The notes beneath the pieces are model-generated. The model ran no database searches and was not told the origin of the DNA. It saw only the letters and a list, made by a program, of their open reading frames with translations. Positions 35,339-48,353 of a stretch of DNA of 64,000 nt are shown one piece after another. The position numbers and the translations under genes were made by a program. Source of the stretch: a virus (Duplodnaviria > Caudoviricetes); IMG/VR virus record IMGVR_UViG_3300028649_000004, positions 20,392 to 84,391 of that record; one strand, written 5' to 3'. How positions within the stretch are numbered: the first letter of the stretch is position 1; each line of letters begins with the position of its first letter.

Positions 35339-36743
35339 CCTTTAACACCTCCATTGTGAAATTTACAAAGTATCCATAAATTTCTTTGTAATTACAACTA
35401 TTCGGACTGCGATTTATTTTTAATTTTTCCAATTGTACTTTAGGGATAGTATATAAGCTATCAATTACTTCATCTATTCTATTATTATCTTTTGTAATTC
35501 TCATTGTATTAGCTATAGCTAAATATCCAACAAACATATTACAACCTAATAATAGACTATTATTTTTCATTTCATCTAAATTATCATTGAAATATTTAAA
35601 TTTTAATGATTCAATCAATTCATCAATAGTAGAACCTAATTTCTTAGCAATATCTCTAGCACTTCCTTTTTTCTCAACTTGAATTTCTGTTAATTTTAAA
35701 GCGTCTAACAATATTGTTTTATATGTTAATGTTTTATTCATAGTTTGTTCTTCAAAATTTATTGCTATTTCACCCTTTAATATTTTAGAATTATCTTCTA
35801 CTAATTTCAAGAAATCTACATCGTCACCTTGTCTAAAACCTTTGATAAATTCTTTGTTAGTATCACTTCTTTCAAAAATTTGCCTAACAATTTCTTGGGC
35901 TTCTGATAATGTTCTCATTACAATTCTAATATCCAATCCACCTTCTAGAATAGCACCATTATTTTTATCTTTATATTGAGCTACGGCTTGTTGAATAGCA
36001 ACTAATCTATGAAAACCATCTAATACTTCAGCAACCGTAAAATCCTCACTGTCTATATCATATAATGGTTCAATAGACAATGTTCCAATGTCAGGAAGTT
36101 TTTTTTCGTCAATTGGTTGGAAAACATATTTGGGATTAAAATACTCATCTTCTTCTGGAAGTCGTACATTTATGATTATTTGTGTGCTTTCTAATTTCCC
36201 ATCTAATATTAATTGCAACATAGCATTAACATTTTTTTGTTTTATATCAATAGTTCGAATTGATGCGTTCTTAGTTCCATAAGATTTTGTTTTAAATGCT
36301 CTTTGCGACAACTTATTATATCTAAATAATACATTTTCCATATATTCAGATGCCTGTTCATAGCTAATTCTTCCTATATAATTATAATCATCTATTTTTT
36401 GCAATTTGTGAAGTTCTATTTCCTTTACCTGTTGTCTTATATTTTTATAACTTTTATAATCTCCTCTTTCTTCTATTTTATAATATTTTTCAAAATTTAA
36501 CTTTTCTAATTTCAAAATATCATAAGAAGCTTTTGTAATTGCCATTTTTTCTTCTTTGGATAATTTATCTACTGTTAAAGTTCCATCTTGAAATAATGCA
36601 GATGTTATATTAGAGTTTATATTTTTTTCTGCTAATTCGAAATTAATAGCTTTTATCAATTCCTTGTTATTAAATTCTTTAACTATAACCTTTTTTAATT
36701 CCTTATCTAAATTTTCTTCACTATATATATGGATATCACCCAT
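35331..36743 (-). CDS. YopQ-like DGQHR/DndB (ParB-like) domain protein
   Basis: YN..SQR motif and EVLDGFHRLVA; overlaps the repressor start. Confidence 0.65.
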   Translation of the reverse strand: MGDIHIYSEENLDKELKKVIVKEFNNKELIKAINFELAEKNINSNITSALFQDGTLTVDKLSKEEKMAITKASYDILKLEKLNFEKYYKIEERGDYKSYKNIRQQVKEIELHKLQKIDDYNYIGRISYEQASEYMENVLFRYNKLSQRAFKTKSYGTKNASIRTIDIKQKNVNAMLQLILDGKLESTQIIINVRLPEEDEYFNPKYVFQPIDEKKLPDIGTLSIEPLYDIDSEDFTVAEVLDGFHRLVAIQQAVAQYKDKNNGAILEGGLDIRIVMRTLSEAQEIVRQIFERSDTNKEFIKGFRQGDDVDFLKLVEDNSKILKGEIAINFEEQTMNKTLTYKTILLDALKLTEIQVEKKGSARDIAKKLGSTIDELIESLKFKYFNDNLDEMKNNSLLLGCNMFVGYLAIANTMRITKDNNRIDEVIDSLYTIPKVQLEKLKINRSPNSCNYKEIYGYFVNFTMEVLKVA

Positions 36744-36797
36744 TTAAAATCATCTCCTTAATTAATATTATTCATTATTTTATTTTCTATATTAAGT

Positions 36798-36826
36798 ATT
36801 ATATCATTTAAATAAATTAATTGCAA
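36798..36826 (-). promoter_or_regulatory. sigmaA promoter of the yopQ/yopR-like operon, with an operator core in its spacer
   Basis: TTGCAA-N17-TATAAT; spacer contains TTAATTTATT. Confidence 0.65.
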
Positions 36827-36900
36827 TAACAATAATAATAAAATAATTACTAATTTCATTATTTTATTATTATTATATACTTTTAAATGAAGTTTGTCCA

Positions 36901-37185
36901 TCATTTAGCAATTCTTATAGTTCTATTATCATATTCTAATATTAGTTTATCTTTTATGTATTCACATTTTTTAAATTTTGGATTTTCTGCTTCTATATCC
37001 ATAACACTAATATTAATTTCTTTCCAAAAGTCTTTAGCATTGCATATTATATTTGTTTTATTTTCAGTTATAACTAATTTTTTATCATTTTGTTTAGCCA
37101 TAAAAATATATGCCTGTAAGTTGTCTTCATACCATTTTCTTATTTGTTTATCGGTTACTTTATTTTTTTCTACTCTCATTTCCAT
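36901..37185 (-). CDS. Hypothetical protein
   Basis: 94-aa ORF with RBS. Confidence 0.65.
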   Translation of the reverse strand: MEMRVEKNKVTDKQIRKWYEDNLQAYIFMAKQNDKKLVITENKTNIICNAKDFWKEINISVMDIEAENPKFKKCEYIKDKLILEYDNRTIRIAK

Positions 37186-37478
37186 CGTTAATCTCTCCCT
37201 TTATTTTTAATATTTATTTTATAAACAAATTAATGTGATTACTTGTCTACATTTTTATTTTATAACAAATTAATATAAATAGCAATACATTATTTATTTA
37301 AATTTCCATATTTTTTAATGCAAACTTTTGTTTTATTATGAATTGTAATTTTATACTATTAATACTAAAATCGGATAACTTTGATACTAATTTCGGACTG
37401 TTGTTGTAAAACACATTGTTAATAATAACCAAAGAATATATAATTAAAGCTTGTATGAAAGGAGTTGACGTTTGATAC

Positions 37479-37688
37479 ATGGTTAAAATGAAATTACATA
37501 TACTATTGGATAAGTATAGAATCAGTCAACGTGAATTCGCTCAGCAAACCCATATTAGATATGCAACAGTTAATAGTTATGCGAATCAAACTTACAAACA
37601 TATAGTCAATAAGCATATAGATGTTATTTGTACATATTTTGATTGTAACATTGAAGATTTAATTGAATATACAAAAGATAACCCTTAA
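37479..37688 (+). CDS. XRE/Cro-like HTH regulator
   Basis: ISQREFAQQTHIRYATVNSY...ICTYFDCNIEDLIEY; AGGAG RBS. Confidence 0.85.
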   Translation: MVKMKLHILLDKYRISQREFAQQTHIRYATVNSYANQTYKHIVNKHIDVICTYFDCNIEDLIEYTKDNP

Positions 37689-38003
37689 AGATTAGATATA
37701 AAATTAATATCTAGTCTTTTTTATTTGACTATTTATATACGAATGTTTGTTCTGTTGTTATTATATTACAGAACGTGTGTTTGGTCAAGTTGATATTAGT
37801 ATGGAAATTTATACTATTTGGTTGTTAAATTTATATCAATAACCTTATGTTCATTATATACCCTTATGTTCAAAATACATATTACTCAGAGTAATATCGT
37901 TCTTCTATTTTTTTATTATTGGTTATAATTACCTCTTGATTCGACTAATTATGACATGATATAATATTGTTGCCTTTACAAGGGAAATATATTTGTCAAA
38001 GGG

Positions 38004-38324
38004 GTGGCAAATATGATTTGCAATTTATATACTTTATATGTAAAACGATTTCGTGAACTAAGAAGAATGACTCAAAGTGAACTCGCTTTTAAAATTGGTA
38101 AGTCACAAGGATTCATATCACAAATTGAAATGGATAATAATATCAGAACTAAGTCAATATTGCTTGTAGACCTAGTTCTGATAGCACAAGCCCTTAATGT
38201 TTGTCCTAATGATCTTATTAGATATCGTTGTCGTCAATGTCATCGTTTTGATATTTGTACTAGACACAAATATTTAGAAAAAGATGATGAACATTTTAAA
38301 GAACATTTAGGCTATTATATTTAA
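38004..38324 (+). CDS. XRE-family HTH regulator
   Basis: RELRRMTQSELAFKIGKSQGFISQIE...IAQALNV. Confidence 0.85.
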   Translation: MANMICNLYTLYVKRFRELRRMTQSELAFKIGKSQGFISQIEMDNNIRTKSILLVDLVLIAQALNVCPNDLIRYRCRQCHRFDICTRHKYLEKDDEHFKEHLGYYI

Positions 38325-38330
38325 TTTAAA

Positions 38331-38384
38331 AATAAAAGCAAGTATAACTAATTAATTTTGATATAGTTATACTTGCTTTTATTT
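38331..38384. terminator. Bidirectional terminator between convergent genes
   Basis: AATAAAAGCAAGTATAACTA...TAGTTATACTTGCTTTTATT long perfect stem. Confidence 0.75.
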
Positions 38385-39281
38385 TTATATATTATTATGT
38401 TTAGACTAATTTTCAAAATTATCCCTATATCTCATCAATTATTCATCAACTCTTTCTAAATTATTAGCTTCAGCAGTTGTTATTTTTATCCTATCTACTC
38501 CATATTTAACTTGTACTAGCTTAAAGGAAGGTATATGACCTATAATTTCTCCCTTTATTTCTTTATTAAATAAATCAGTTCCAGCTACGCTAATGCCCTT
38601 TAATGCGTCTTTATAATCCATAAACTACCTCCCTATATTATTTTTATATAATTATAACATTAAACTAACATACTTCATATATCATATTATTTACCGATAC
38701 ATTAACATTATTAATGTTCTCAATGGTTGTTATTATGCCTTTGTAGACTATAAAAAACATAGAATCACATATAAAACTTAAATCTATTGATTTACCTAAT
38801 GGTATTTCTAAATTATTTTCAATTATATCTTGGATCACTTCTTTAATCTCTCGTTCTGGAATATATCTTTCTCCTTCTTTTTGTATTATTATTTTTTTAT
38901 CATTTATTGTTAATGGTATTATTTTATTCATGTATACATCCTTCTTTCACATAATTTTATTGTTTTAATTTATTATTATGTAGTTTATTTAGTGTAAAAG
39001 AAAGGCAATCAAAGTTCCTATAAACGTAACATTTTATCTAGACTCATTTTTTAAGCCATTCTATTTCTTTTTCAATAGCTTCTTTCCTTGAATATATTTC
39101 ACCTTCAAAATCTCCGTAATATGTTATGTTTGCACCTGCATATCCTTGAAATGATTGTATTCTATCTTCTGCCATTTCTTCTATTGTAAATTGTTTTATT
39201 CTTTCATAATTATTCATTTAATTTATACTTCCTTTCTTAAACTAATTTTATATAATAATTTACTGTTTCAGGTATTTCACC

Positions 39282-39872
39282 TTATTTTAATTCATAGCAA
39301 TTATTCTTATATAATTCTTCCCTACCATAACCATAAACGCTCCCAAACGGCAATTTTAATTCTAAGTCTATATCTAATGACTTTAATAAAAAGAATACTG
39401 TATGTTCTCTATTATCTTTGTTTATGTCAATTTCTATTATTTTAATTAAGTTTGGTATTTTAGAAAGTAATTTTTGATATAGTTTAACTATTAAATACTC
39501 ATGTTCAATTTTGTAATCTGATAACATTGATTCATAAGCATGTATCATTTCGTGTAACAAAACACGATTGTTTATACGAGAAGGTACTATATTAATGACT
39601 TTCCAAAATCCTGTACATTCACCAGTGAAATCATCATTCTTATCTACTACATTGAGCGTCCATTCATAAAAATCTACTGCTGTTTTAGGCATAAACTTTT
39701 TTGCATCTTCACTAACATTCATTAGAATTACATCTTCAATATCTTGAAAATATTTCTTTTGAAATTGAAGTGTTTTATTAAATAAACTATATTCTGATTT
39801 AGTCATATTTTGTTCAGTTATTGGGTTATGATATACAATTTTAGATTTATTAGTCATTCTACACCTCCTCAT
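39282..39872 (-). CDS. HExxH zinc metallopeptidase-like (SprT-like) protein
   Basis: VLLHEMIHAYE. Confidence 0.6.
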   Translation of the reverse strand: MRRCRMTNKSKIVYHNPITEQNMTKSEYSLFNKTLQFQKKYFQDIEDVILMNVSEDAKKFMPKTAVDFYEWTLNVVDKNDDFTGECTGFWKVINIVPSRINNRVLLHEMIHAYESMLSDYKIEHEYLIVKLYQKLLSKIPNLIKIIEIDINKDNREHTVFFLLKSLDIDLELKLPFGSVYGYGREELYKNNCYELK

Positions 39873-41526
39873 ATGCTCTAAATCGAAGAATTTAAAGCTT
39901 TATTATTTAATCGTCTAGTTTCTATTAATTCTCTTAAAAATTTTTGTTTAAAATCCATAAAACCTTTAGGATATTCTGAACATTCTACTTTCTCATTAAG
40001 AGTTATTTTTATATCATCAAATATAAAACAGATATCTGTGTACAATAGTTCCTTTCTGCTTACTAAAACTCTCAAAGCTTCTATAATATTTCCTGTGGAT
40101 ACACTTCTTTTAGTACATTTTCCATTTAAATATTCTTTTATAATACTTTTTGCATCCTCTATTAAATTAAAATCACCATATGATTTCCCATCTTCCCTAT
40201 AATAAATTTCTAACATTTCAATCTCTCCTTTTAATTAATAATTGTTTTCAATTAGTTGATAAAATCAGATTTTTAAGCAGAAACTTAATTCTGCTATATT
40301 AATTCATATATTCATCACCAGTTAATTTTTTATCAACTTCACAATCAATTTTTATTTCCATAAATCCATACATTTCTATTAATTGTTTCTTTATATCGTT
40401 AGGATATGTTGCTTTTTGATGTTTTTTAGTTTTCCCATTATCTGCATTCATTTTTAAAGCATTTTCATACATATCACCTAATTGTTTTTGATTGAATTTC
40501 TTTTCATGTAATAAAATAACTTCATCTATTCCTCCACCATCGTTCCATTCACAGCCTTCACAATAAATATTAAATCTATAATTATACATTTAGCTTTACC
40601 TCCTATACCTATTATCAATTTATTATATTCTGTATGCTTTGTTTTATACGTCTTACAAATTAATTATTACTTTAAAGTTCCTATTTTACTTTCTCTTCAA
40701 TTAACTTTTCTAATTCTTCTAAAGATTCTAATTTTGTATATTCATCATTAACAATCAATTCTTTTAAGTTTGTTGCTAATTTAAATTTTTTAGTTTCCAT
40801 CAACAACTTTCTTAACTCATAATAAATATTATTAACTTTTTGAATGTACAACTTATGATTCTTTTCATCTTCAAAACTGAGTTCATAATTACTTAATGGA
40901 TACCAGTTGGCAATTTCTTTTAACTTTTTACTAGCATTATCTAAATCTTTTAAAAGTGTTTCTTCTTTCTTTTCTATATATTTAGCTTTCTCCATTATTT
41001 TCTTCACCTTCTAACCTTTCTTTCATTTCATATAAAGCTCCTATTCTACCACATAAATTATCTATACCACTCCCCATATCTTGAACAACTCCAGATTCAT
41101 TTGGTATATAATCTTTCCCACTTTCTTTATAACTTTCTATTCGATTTAATTCGCTTTCCAATTCATTTTTTAACAATGTCATTTTTGATTTCAATTTATC
41201 TATAGAATTATTAATTCTCATTTGACTATATCCTAGTGCTTTCATACTAATTCACTCCTCATTATTCTTTATTATAACATAAATTTTAATTTTCTAAACT
41301 CTTCCAAATAAAAGATTTATTTTATAAGCCCTCGCTTATACCATTCTAAAACATTAAAAGATTTCTTTATATTTTCACAACTTGAATCTCCATGACTACA
41401 GATATTATTTTTTCTATTTGACGAGCAATCCTTATTATAACATTTTACTTTTCCATAAGTCTTATATTTGTATTCCTCATATTCTTGACATTCTTTACAA
41501 CAACAATTATTCATTTTTAATCCCTC

Positions 41527-42444
41527 CTATAAATTTTCCATAACATTCATAACATCTTCATCATCCATTGTGATATAGATTTTGCTTGTATTAATGTTGT
41601 TATGTCCTAAAACTTTTGCCACCATTAATATATCCTTTGTCTTTTTATATACATTTGTACCGACTGTATGACGTGCTGTGTGTGTAACATATTTTTTGTC
41701 AGTAAGTTCTGCTTTTTCATACAAGTCTTTCATAATATTTTCTACTGATTTTTTTGTTATTCTCTTTTTAAGTCTACTAATAAATAAATATTGTTTTTCT
41801 TCTTCTGTGACATTATCAACATTTCTATATTTCAAATAATCATTTATAGCTTCTATACATTGTTTATTTAAAAAAACACTATCTTCTTTATTGCCTTTTC
41901 TTATAACCAATAATTTATTTACTTGTATATTATTTAATTTTATATTTGCAAGTTCAGATACTCTTATTCCAGTTTTGAATAGTAATGTTACAATACATTT
42001 ATCCCTGTAGTAATTTAATTTGCCTTCAGTTAAGGAACTAAATATCTTTTCAACTTGTTCATCATTAAAAGCTATTGGAATCTTTTTACCTATTGTAATT
42101 TTTTTTAATCCCTTTGCTATATCCTCTTTTATTATATTGTTTTCATACATATAACTAAAATAAGATTTCAATGTTGAAACTTTTCTAGCTCTAGCACATT
42201 CAGAATTTTTCTTTTGTTTAGTTTTAGTATAGCTAAGAAAATTATTAAGGTCATCTAAAATCAATGATTGTATAATTTTATTAGTTATTTTTTTTGCTTT
42301 TTTATATTCTTTTAAAAATTCATAGAATACATGTAAATCAGATTCATACCCAACAATCGTGTTCGGTGATTTATTATTTGTATGTAAATAATCTAAAAAT
42401 TTAACTGCTGATTCAGGTAAATTAAATTTATTTTCCATTTCCAA
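41527..42444 (-). CDS. Tyrosine recombinase (XerC/XerD-like), catalytically intact
   Basis: TGIRVSE, RKGNK, HTARH, LGH, SKIY; N-terminal core-binding domain. Confidence 0.93.
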   Translation of the reverse strand: MEMENKFNLPESAVKFLDYLHTNNKSPNTIVGYESDLHVFYEFLKEYKKAKKITNKIIQSLILDDLNNFLSYTKTKQKKNSECARARKVSTLKSYFSYMYENNIIKEDIAKGLKKITIGKKIPIAFNDEQVEKIFSSLTEGKLNYYRDKCIVTLLFKTGIRVSELANIKLNNIQVNKLLVIRKGNKEDSVFLNKQCIEAINDYLKYRNVDNVTEEEKQYLFISRLKKRITKKSVENIMKDLYEKAELTDKKYVTHTARHTVGTNVYKKTKDILMVAKVLGHNNINTSKIYITMDDEDVMNVMENL

Positions 42445-43077
42445 TACTTCCTTTCTATTTCTTTTAATTTGTTTATATTCTAATTATATATTAAATTTAT
42501 GCAGATTACAAGAAAAATATTCCTATAATCTCCGAAAATTAACACTAATTATTATAGTGTCTATTGGCTATTTCTAATAGAATTGATGGTATTACACATA
42601 TTACACATGCCCTATCCCAACTGTCACCATAGCGAGGCAATAAAGCTATCTCATTTCTTATCTTTCTTATACGTGTATCTCCCATAAGACCTTCTTTGTT
42701 ATACTCTAGTATATTATCATAGCATTCTTTAAGTTCTGGATCAGTAAGACCTTTTATTCTTTTTTCTAAATCATTCATTATTTTTTTACATCTCCCTTTT
42801 ATATTTATCTATTGCGTCATAAAATTTCTTCCTAGCAAGATTAAGTAATTCATAATATGTCAATCCCAGTGCTTCTTCTTTAGTTGGAATTGGATTATTG
42901 ATGTGATAATGAAAAGTATGTACCTTTCCTGTTTTCATAACAACATTAAAATGTTTATAATCATATTCTGTTGGTGGCTTATTATTAAATCTAACTTCTA
43001 CTATAACATTTTTCATTTTTATTCCTCCATTTTCTTTAATTTATTTTATTACCATAAACCAATGTTTTTAACAACTT

Positions 43078-43452
43078 TTAATTTGATTTTGTAAAACTAT
43101 TTCCACTGACCAACTCATTACATTTTGGACACATATAATCACCATCATATTTATCACCAGTAATAGGTTCTATATCATTGGTTTTAAAATATTTAATAGT
43201 TGCTTTGTTTATTTCTTCAGCAGAACTAATTCCTTCACATTCTTCACATTTATAATTGTCTACTTTTATATTTTTAATTTCCTTCTGTATAACTTCAACG
43301 GCTGTCATCATTCCTATTAATTTTGTTCGTTGTTCATTTGCTCTTTCTGATGTTATTTTATCTGATTTTTCCTGTTCAAATATTTCATCCTTCTTATTTA
43401 AATATTCATTAACTATTATTTGGCTGATATCTTCTAATGTTTGTTTATTCAT
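43078..43452 (-). CDS. Zinc-ribbon phage protein
   Basis: CEEC...CPKC. Confidence 0.6.
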   Translation of the reverse strand: MNKQTLEDISQIIVNEYLNKKDEIFEQEKSDKITSERANEQRTKLIGMMTAVEVIQKEIKNIKVDNYKCEECEGISSAEEINKATIKYFKTNDIEPITGDKYDGDYMCPKCNELVSGNSFTKSN

Positions 43453-44067
43453 ATTAATTCCTCCTTATATAAACTTAACAAATTTGTAGCCATTACCAGA
43501 TTGAATTGCTTCAGCTTGTGCTAATATCATAGCTTGTTCTTCATTAAATGCTCTTACGAAGTACTCCATTTCTTCTGTACCATTTGTTAATACTACACAA
43601 AATGCTTTATCTATCATTTTCTTTCACCTCACTTCAAATGTAATTATGACTTTAGTGTAAAATTAAATAACAAATCATATAAATCTTTTCTGAATGGTTT
43701 TAAATCTTCTGATATTTCACTCTTCCCAATGGCATTTAATAACCTTACTAATTTGTCAGCTTCATCAATATCTAGCTCTAATTTTAATGTTTTTATTTCT
43801 AAACTCTTCACATTAATCACTCCTAATATTTATATTTTTAATTATATCACATTTTGCTAAAATCAATATTTGAACCTTATCTATTTTCTTAAGTTTATAA
43901 CCTACTTATCCATTTATGTAATTTGATTTATTTAGAAGTTTGTTTTTTCATTCTTAACATCATTTTGATAGCTAATTTATATTCTCCAGCTTGGATCAAT
44001 CCATTAATTATTCCTTCCATACTAATTTACCTCCTTTTGAGTTATTACTTCCTTAATCTGTAACTAA

Positions 44068-44116
44068 ATTATAACATTTCTAATTTAATATTGCAACCTA
44101 TTTCTATTAATTTATT
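44068..44116 (-). promoter_or_regulatory. sigmaA promoter with adjacent operator
   Basis: TTGCAA-N17-TATAAT; TTCTATTAATTTATT at 44102-44116. Confidence 0.65.
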
Positions 44117-46733
44117 TATAATTTATTTTTAGTAAATTACTATTTTATCTCAGGTCTTAATTACTCTTCGTCTTCAAGATAATATCTTTCAATTTCTCTA
44201 AATTCTTCATTATCCAATACTAGATAAGATTTTATGTGAAATATATTTTTATTAATTTTCCTAGCTTCTTTTATTTCATTGTGCAAATCTTCTAAGGTAT
44301 CACAAATCTTCTCTTCATATTCTTTATATTTTTGACCTATATAATAATTAACACCATATTTAATTTCTATTTCCATTTTAACAACATCTCCTTAACTCTT
44401 TATATTTAATTATATGAGATATATTTTAAATTAGTACCAATAAATAATAAATTAATAGAAATATTTTTATTAAAATACCGATTTTATAAAAAGAAAAGTA
44501 GACTAATTTAATCTTAGTCTACTTAAATAAATCATCTCTATAATAATCTCTAAAAGCCTTAATAGTAGCTTCTAGTAATGTTTGCATTTGAATTAACATT
44601 AAAGTTATTCCAAATGCTTTTAATAAAAGTATCTGGATAGTAGGAACTGTAATATTATTTTTTAAATCCATTGTCAACATCACAATTAAAGTAGTAAACA
44701 TAAACAGATAAATTTTTCCTAGTGTTATTTCTATTTTTTTAGAACATATTTCTTTTAATATTTTTAACTCCATTTTATACACCTCGTATTTATTTAATTA
44801 TACTGTTTATTATACATTAATTTTAACACGAAGAAAAGAACGCAATTTTCTACGTTCTTAATCTTTATCTTCTTTTAATTTCATATAATCAAAAAGTTAT
44901 TTTACTTTTTGTTCACCGAGTTTGTTTTCTAAAATGTCAATCATCACTGTTGCTTGGGATTTTCTTAGTTGCTCCCACCCCTCTTCTGTAGTGGGGTAGT
45001 GAACTACTACTTTGATTGGTTTTCTTTTTCTTCTCATATTAGGCAACCTTTTGCAATTATCCATTTATATTTAATTCCTCGAATTTATTCATTCTATCTA
45101 ATACATTTTGGAAGTTATTTCTTAACTCATTCATTTGATTATCACTTACATTATAATCTTCTAAAAATTTACCACTTTTCATATCTTCTAAAAATTCTAT
45201 TATATCTGGTCTAATTACCTTTAATCCTTCTTTTGAATATTCATTGCTTTTAACTAATTCAATACAAATTTCATTTAATGCTTTTAAATCTTCTGACAAT
45301 TCTTCTTTTTCTGTGTTATTTTGTAATTCCATTTTTATAGTTCCTCCTAAATTTTCATTATCTTATTAAACGACTTAACTATTCTATTTAATTCATTTAA
45401 TTCTTGTTTATCAATATAACGTTCTTCATATTTTGATACAACTTTATTTTTGTTACTATCAAAAATTGAGTATATTTTATTTTCTGCTGAATATATTAAT
45501 TTCCACATGTATATTCTCCTTGTCATTTTAAATTTAATTTCTCTTATTAATTTCAATATTAATATCGCAAGGATAATTTTCATCACTCATACCCATTTTA
45601 AAGTACTTTCCAAATATCTCGGCAAAATCCCATAAAGTAGTTCTCATATATTCTCCATCATAATGATACAACGTATTTATAACGTCCTCTAAATCTTCGT
45701 CCGCCATTGGTCTAGTATCTGCTCTGAGTATTTCCAATCCTCTTTCTGTTGGTTTAAATTTTATCTCATCATTTAAATTAAATTTCATTTTACTTCCTCC
45801 TATTATTTTATTTTTAATTGATAATCACTTCCATATAAAACTCTTGTTTTATATTAACTCAATTATTTTAAGTTCCATTCTTCATTTTCAATATAATTAA
45901 TAATTGCTCTAGGATTGCAAGACATTTCTAAAGAATCTACCAAACAATCCTCAACACCTAAATTATCATATATTCCCTTGCTCTCTAACCATTTTCTAAC
46001 TTTTTCATTATGTTCATTTGCCATTGCTCTATATTTAGCACTTTTATTTATACTATCTTTAATATGTTTTGTTACTTTCATAGTATCTACTCCTTTAATT
46101 CATAACTATAGACCCATTTAGGAGCTTTATAATTTTCGTGGTCTTGATTAAACCCACTTCTAACTCCATGAGGGAATCTATTTAACAATCCTTTTTTATA
46201 CATAGAACTTAACAATTTAGATAGTTCTTTACATTTAGGCGCACCAAAATTATCTTCAAATTTAATATCGAATTTTTCTACATAATCATAAACAAAATCA
46301 GAATCCAACATATCTACAAATTTAAAATTTGCTTTATTAGATATATAATCAATTATCCATTGTTCTTTCTCACTCAATATTAAAACCTCCTCCACCCTAT
46401 ATTAAATCCATTTATTTCCATTTAAAAGAACTAATTTAAAGCAATATTACATTATATTTACAATCAACAGTTCCGCTATTATAATCTACTTTTACGACAT
46501 CTTTTCTTATTTTGAACTTATTATTTTCTAGTTCTATTATATCTTCTTGTGTATCATCTAAGTTAGTTAAGAAATTATCTAACTCATTAAAAATATTTTC
46601 CTTACATTTAGATTGAACATATTTAATTATCTCTTCATAGTTCATATTTAACACCTATCTTTCATAAATCTTATTTTAAATTTCCTTATCTTAGCATACA
46701 AGATTATCTTTCTTATATGCTATCACAAAGAAA

Positions 46734-47222
46734 CTATTTCCAGTTTATTTCTAAGTCATCTTGAATTATATATCGTTGTAGCTGATTTATTTTTTCTACC
46801 ATAACATATTTTAACATTCTATTTATTAAGTCTAAACAAAAATCGTAATCTTCATTAAATTCTGATTTACTAAAAATTTTATTTATATATCGTAATATAT
46901 CATCATCTTCTTCATTTAATTTCTTTTCTAATAAGTCTATACAATCCTGTTTCTTAAAACTTAAATCGTCAACATCAATCCAATCACTACAATTATTTTC
47001 GTCATTCCAAGTGTATAAATCTGTAGTATAACCTTCGCCATTTGTTATTTCAAATTCACTTGTTAAATCTCCAATCATAAAGAATGTTCCATTCACACAT
47101 ATTATTCTATTATCAGTTTTAGAGACTCTTTTTAATTTTTCTATTTGTTTTTCTCCTCTAGGAATAAATTCATCATCGCAATTATCAACCAACCAGTCTG
47201 CTCTTAATACTTTAATATCCAT
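46734..47222 (-). CDS. Hypothetical phage protein
   Basis: 162-aa ORF. Confidence 0.7.
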   Translation of the reverse strand: MDIKVLRADWLVDNCDDEFIPRGEKQIEKLKRVSKTDNRIICVNGTFFMIGDLTSEFEITNGEGYTTDLYTWNDENNCSDWIDVDDLSFKKQDCIDLLEKKLNEEDDDILRYINKIFSKSEFNEDYDFCLDLINRMLKYVMVEKINQLQRYIIQDDLEINWK

Positions 47223-48353
47223 TTTAATACACCATCCTCATAAATTTATTTTAACATTAATTTCCTTAACTTAATATGTATTTCCTTATTAATAATATAT
47301 CATATTAAAGTTATAATTTCAAGCTTTCTTCTATTAATTTATTTAATTTTTATTAAACATACTTATGTAAGTTCTCAATAATCTCATCCTTACCTATACC
47401 ACTAATCATATCAGCTTGAATTTTGCCTATTTTAGCGTTTATATTGCTTATCTTACATTCTGTTAGTATATCCATTAAATCATTTATATATTGCTTATAA
47501 CTCATGCTATCTTCCTTTCTAATATCTTATTTTTATTCTACTCTTTTAAATCCATTACACTCTAACCCATTATTTATCCAATATTTATGTATACTATTCC
47601 TTATTCCTATAATATCTGGGTTACCTTCTATGTTGAATTTACCACAATACAAATTAGGTTCAAACCAACTTCCATTAGAGTAGCTATACTTACATTTCAT
47701 ACAACTATACTCATTATCATTAATAATTAATTTATCCATACTCCTCCAACTATGCCTCCTAACAACTTAAAATTTGATTTTTATCTGCTATTTAATTTAT
47801 TAAAATACTATAGTCTAACCATAAATTTATCCACCTCTTTTAATTCACCCTCATATCGTTTTAAATCATCTACATAAGGATTATTCTCTATGTGTTTTAA
47901 ATCTTCCTGTAAGTCTGCTAACTGGCTTTCAAAATATGTTCTTACATTATGCACCTTATTTTTAGAAAAATCCAAACTATTATATTCAATTACATATATT
48001 TTCATTATCTTCTCTCCTCTAATTTATATTTTATTATTTATTTCTATTTAGATTTTTAAACTATAAAATATTTATCATCCCATCTCTTGAAAATTTTATT
48101 TTCATTTCTTTTCTTAGTGTGAAATAATATATTTCGTCTTCTAAATTGCATATATTCTCTTATATTTTTATCTTTATATATCAGTATTTCTCTATTAGAT
48201 ATGAAGTGCCTTAAATCATATGTATAATAGCTTATAAATAATATTAAACGCTGATACCAGTATAAATTATTTCTATCAATTAAATTTTTCCACATCGAAC
48301 CCACCTCCTTATTATAATTAATTTATTATAATTCTATTGAAATGAGTATTTTA

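Noticed and set aside
35331-36743. Dnd phosphorothioation system
   Set aside because: Only a DGQHR/DndB-like domain is present with no dndACDE; context matches phage YopQ
44969-45010. GC-rich hairpin-like stretch as an ncRNA
   Set aside because: Explained as coding sequence of a small minus-strand ORF (VVVHYPTTEEGWEQLRK) starting near 45038
1668-45038. Stop-codon reassignment (alternative genetic code)
   Set aside because: The internal stops are of all three types, and TAG/TGA correctly end intact genes such as the recombinase and repressor; no suppressor tRNA seen
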